A stretch of 64,000 nt of DNA from Squalus acanthias (lineage: Eukaryota), in the NCBI GenBank assembly GCA_030390025.1, contig CM059432.1:20586001-20650000 (forward strand), in the 5' to 3' direction. The notes beneath the pieces were generated by a model, which saw nothing but the letters and a program-made list of their open reading frames with translations, searched no databases and had not been told where the DNA came from. The first letter of the stretch is position 1, and every line of letters begins with the position of its first letter. Below, in pieces: positions 63,062 to 64,000 of this stretch. Both the position numbers and the translations under genes were made by a program.

Positions 63062-63826
63062 CTAATACATTCCCTCGTCTTCTGTGCCCTCTTCCCTTTC
63101 TGTCAGAAATAAGAGAGCTGCAAACTGTAGGGATTCAATACTGTCCATTAATAAAACGCACAGGTTAAATACTCCCTGTCTAAAGGGATGAATGAAAAAG
63201 ATATATTCAAACCGTCTGTATTGGAGAGAGGTAACAGGACGCCGAGTCGGCAGGATTACCACTTCACCGAAGCCAGCACTTGGCCTTTCATCTACAAGGG
63301 CGAAAGTAACACAATATTTCAGCGACTTTCTGTGGGAAAGTGAGACTCGTTTCCTCAGCGACTTACAGAAGGATTTCAATTTCAGGTCCCTCCGCCGGTA
63401 ATAACTTCTGCAGAATGTATTGATCCAAGAATCCAACAGACATCAGGACCTTGTTTGGGGAACGTTAGGGCCATCCGCTACATTTTTAAAAAAATAGACA
63501 GAAGTCAATAACTAAATGGTCGACCTGAATGTGTTAGTCGCCTCCATGAATCGTCTCTCGTTCTGGACTGGAAACTCCAAGTGCTTGAAAATACGATTTT
63601 AAATTGCTGTCTGGTCGCCTGGATTATAGCGACGGTGGATCTTAACCATTTTGGAAGAAACGAAAGTGATATCAAGTGGATCGTCTCCCCAGTCCTCAAG
63701 ACAACGCGATCTTGTCACCGTTCACAACCCATCCCCATCATATTCACACTGGACTTGGGAACACATTGCCAGTTAGTAGGCGTCTTTGGATTCCCCTGCG
63801 TTGCATAGTTGAATGGGAAACGGAAT
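63062..63826 (-). pseudogene. Unidentified decayed coding sequence (~255 codons)
   Basis: One minus frame with 5 stops and a 124-codon open 3' part. CpG-rich, and the opposite strand shows a long antisense-shadow frame. Cut by CR1 at ~63830. Confidence 0.4.
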
Positions 63827-63829
63827 ATC

Positions 63830-64000
63830 ACAGAATCATAGAAATTTACGGCACAGAAGGAGGCCATTCGCCCATCGTGTCTGTGCCGGCGGACAAAGAG
63901 CTATCCAGCCTAATCCAACTTTCCAGCTTTTGGTCCGTAGCCCTGTCGGTTACGGCACTTCAAGCGCATATCCAAGTACTTTTTAAATGCTATGAGGGTT
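63830..64000 (-). mobile_element. CR1 3' tail
   Basis: cagaatcatagaa...cacagaaggaggccattcg. Confidence 0.75.

Noticed and set aside
63192..63808. Plus-strand resemblance to GREB1- or TMEM183-like peptides
   Set aside because: Only a few scattered residues match, and the plus frames read as the antisense shadow of the minus frame.

Overview
Vertebrate genomic DNA, very probably from a shark or other cartilaginous fish, inferred from HE1/V-SINE-like, SacSINE1/DeuSINE-like and CR1 repeats. No host protein-coding exon was recognised. The window is a deeply nested stack of mobile elements: CR1 and L2 LINEs, a second APE-RT LINE family with a partner SINE, Penelope-like elements carrying minimal hammerhead ribozymes, PIF/Harbinger elements and MITEs, a hAT-Blackjack-type element and two solo LTRs. 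The main feature is a complete 6.45-kb endogenous retrovirus (5515-11967) inserted in a CR1. It has 535-bp LTRs differing at about 7 sites, a 5-bp TSD, an 18-nt tRNA-Ser(CGA) PBS and a Gag with PPPY and two CCHC knuckles. One in-frame amber codon separates gag from protease. It also has a spuma/class-III-like RT remnant, an unassigned ORF between pol and env, and a gamma-type Env TM. This is an unusual mosaic, probably mobilised non-autonomously. Some unique 'ground' segments, especially 63062-63826, look like decayed coding DNA of unknown origin. All calls are by eye; no database searches were run.
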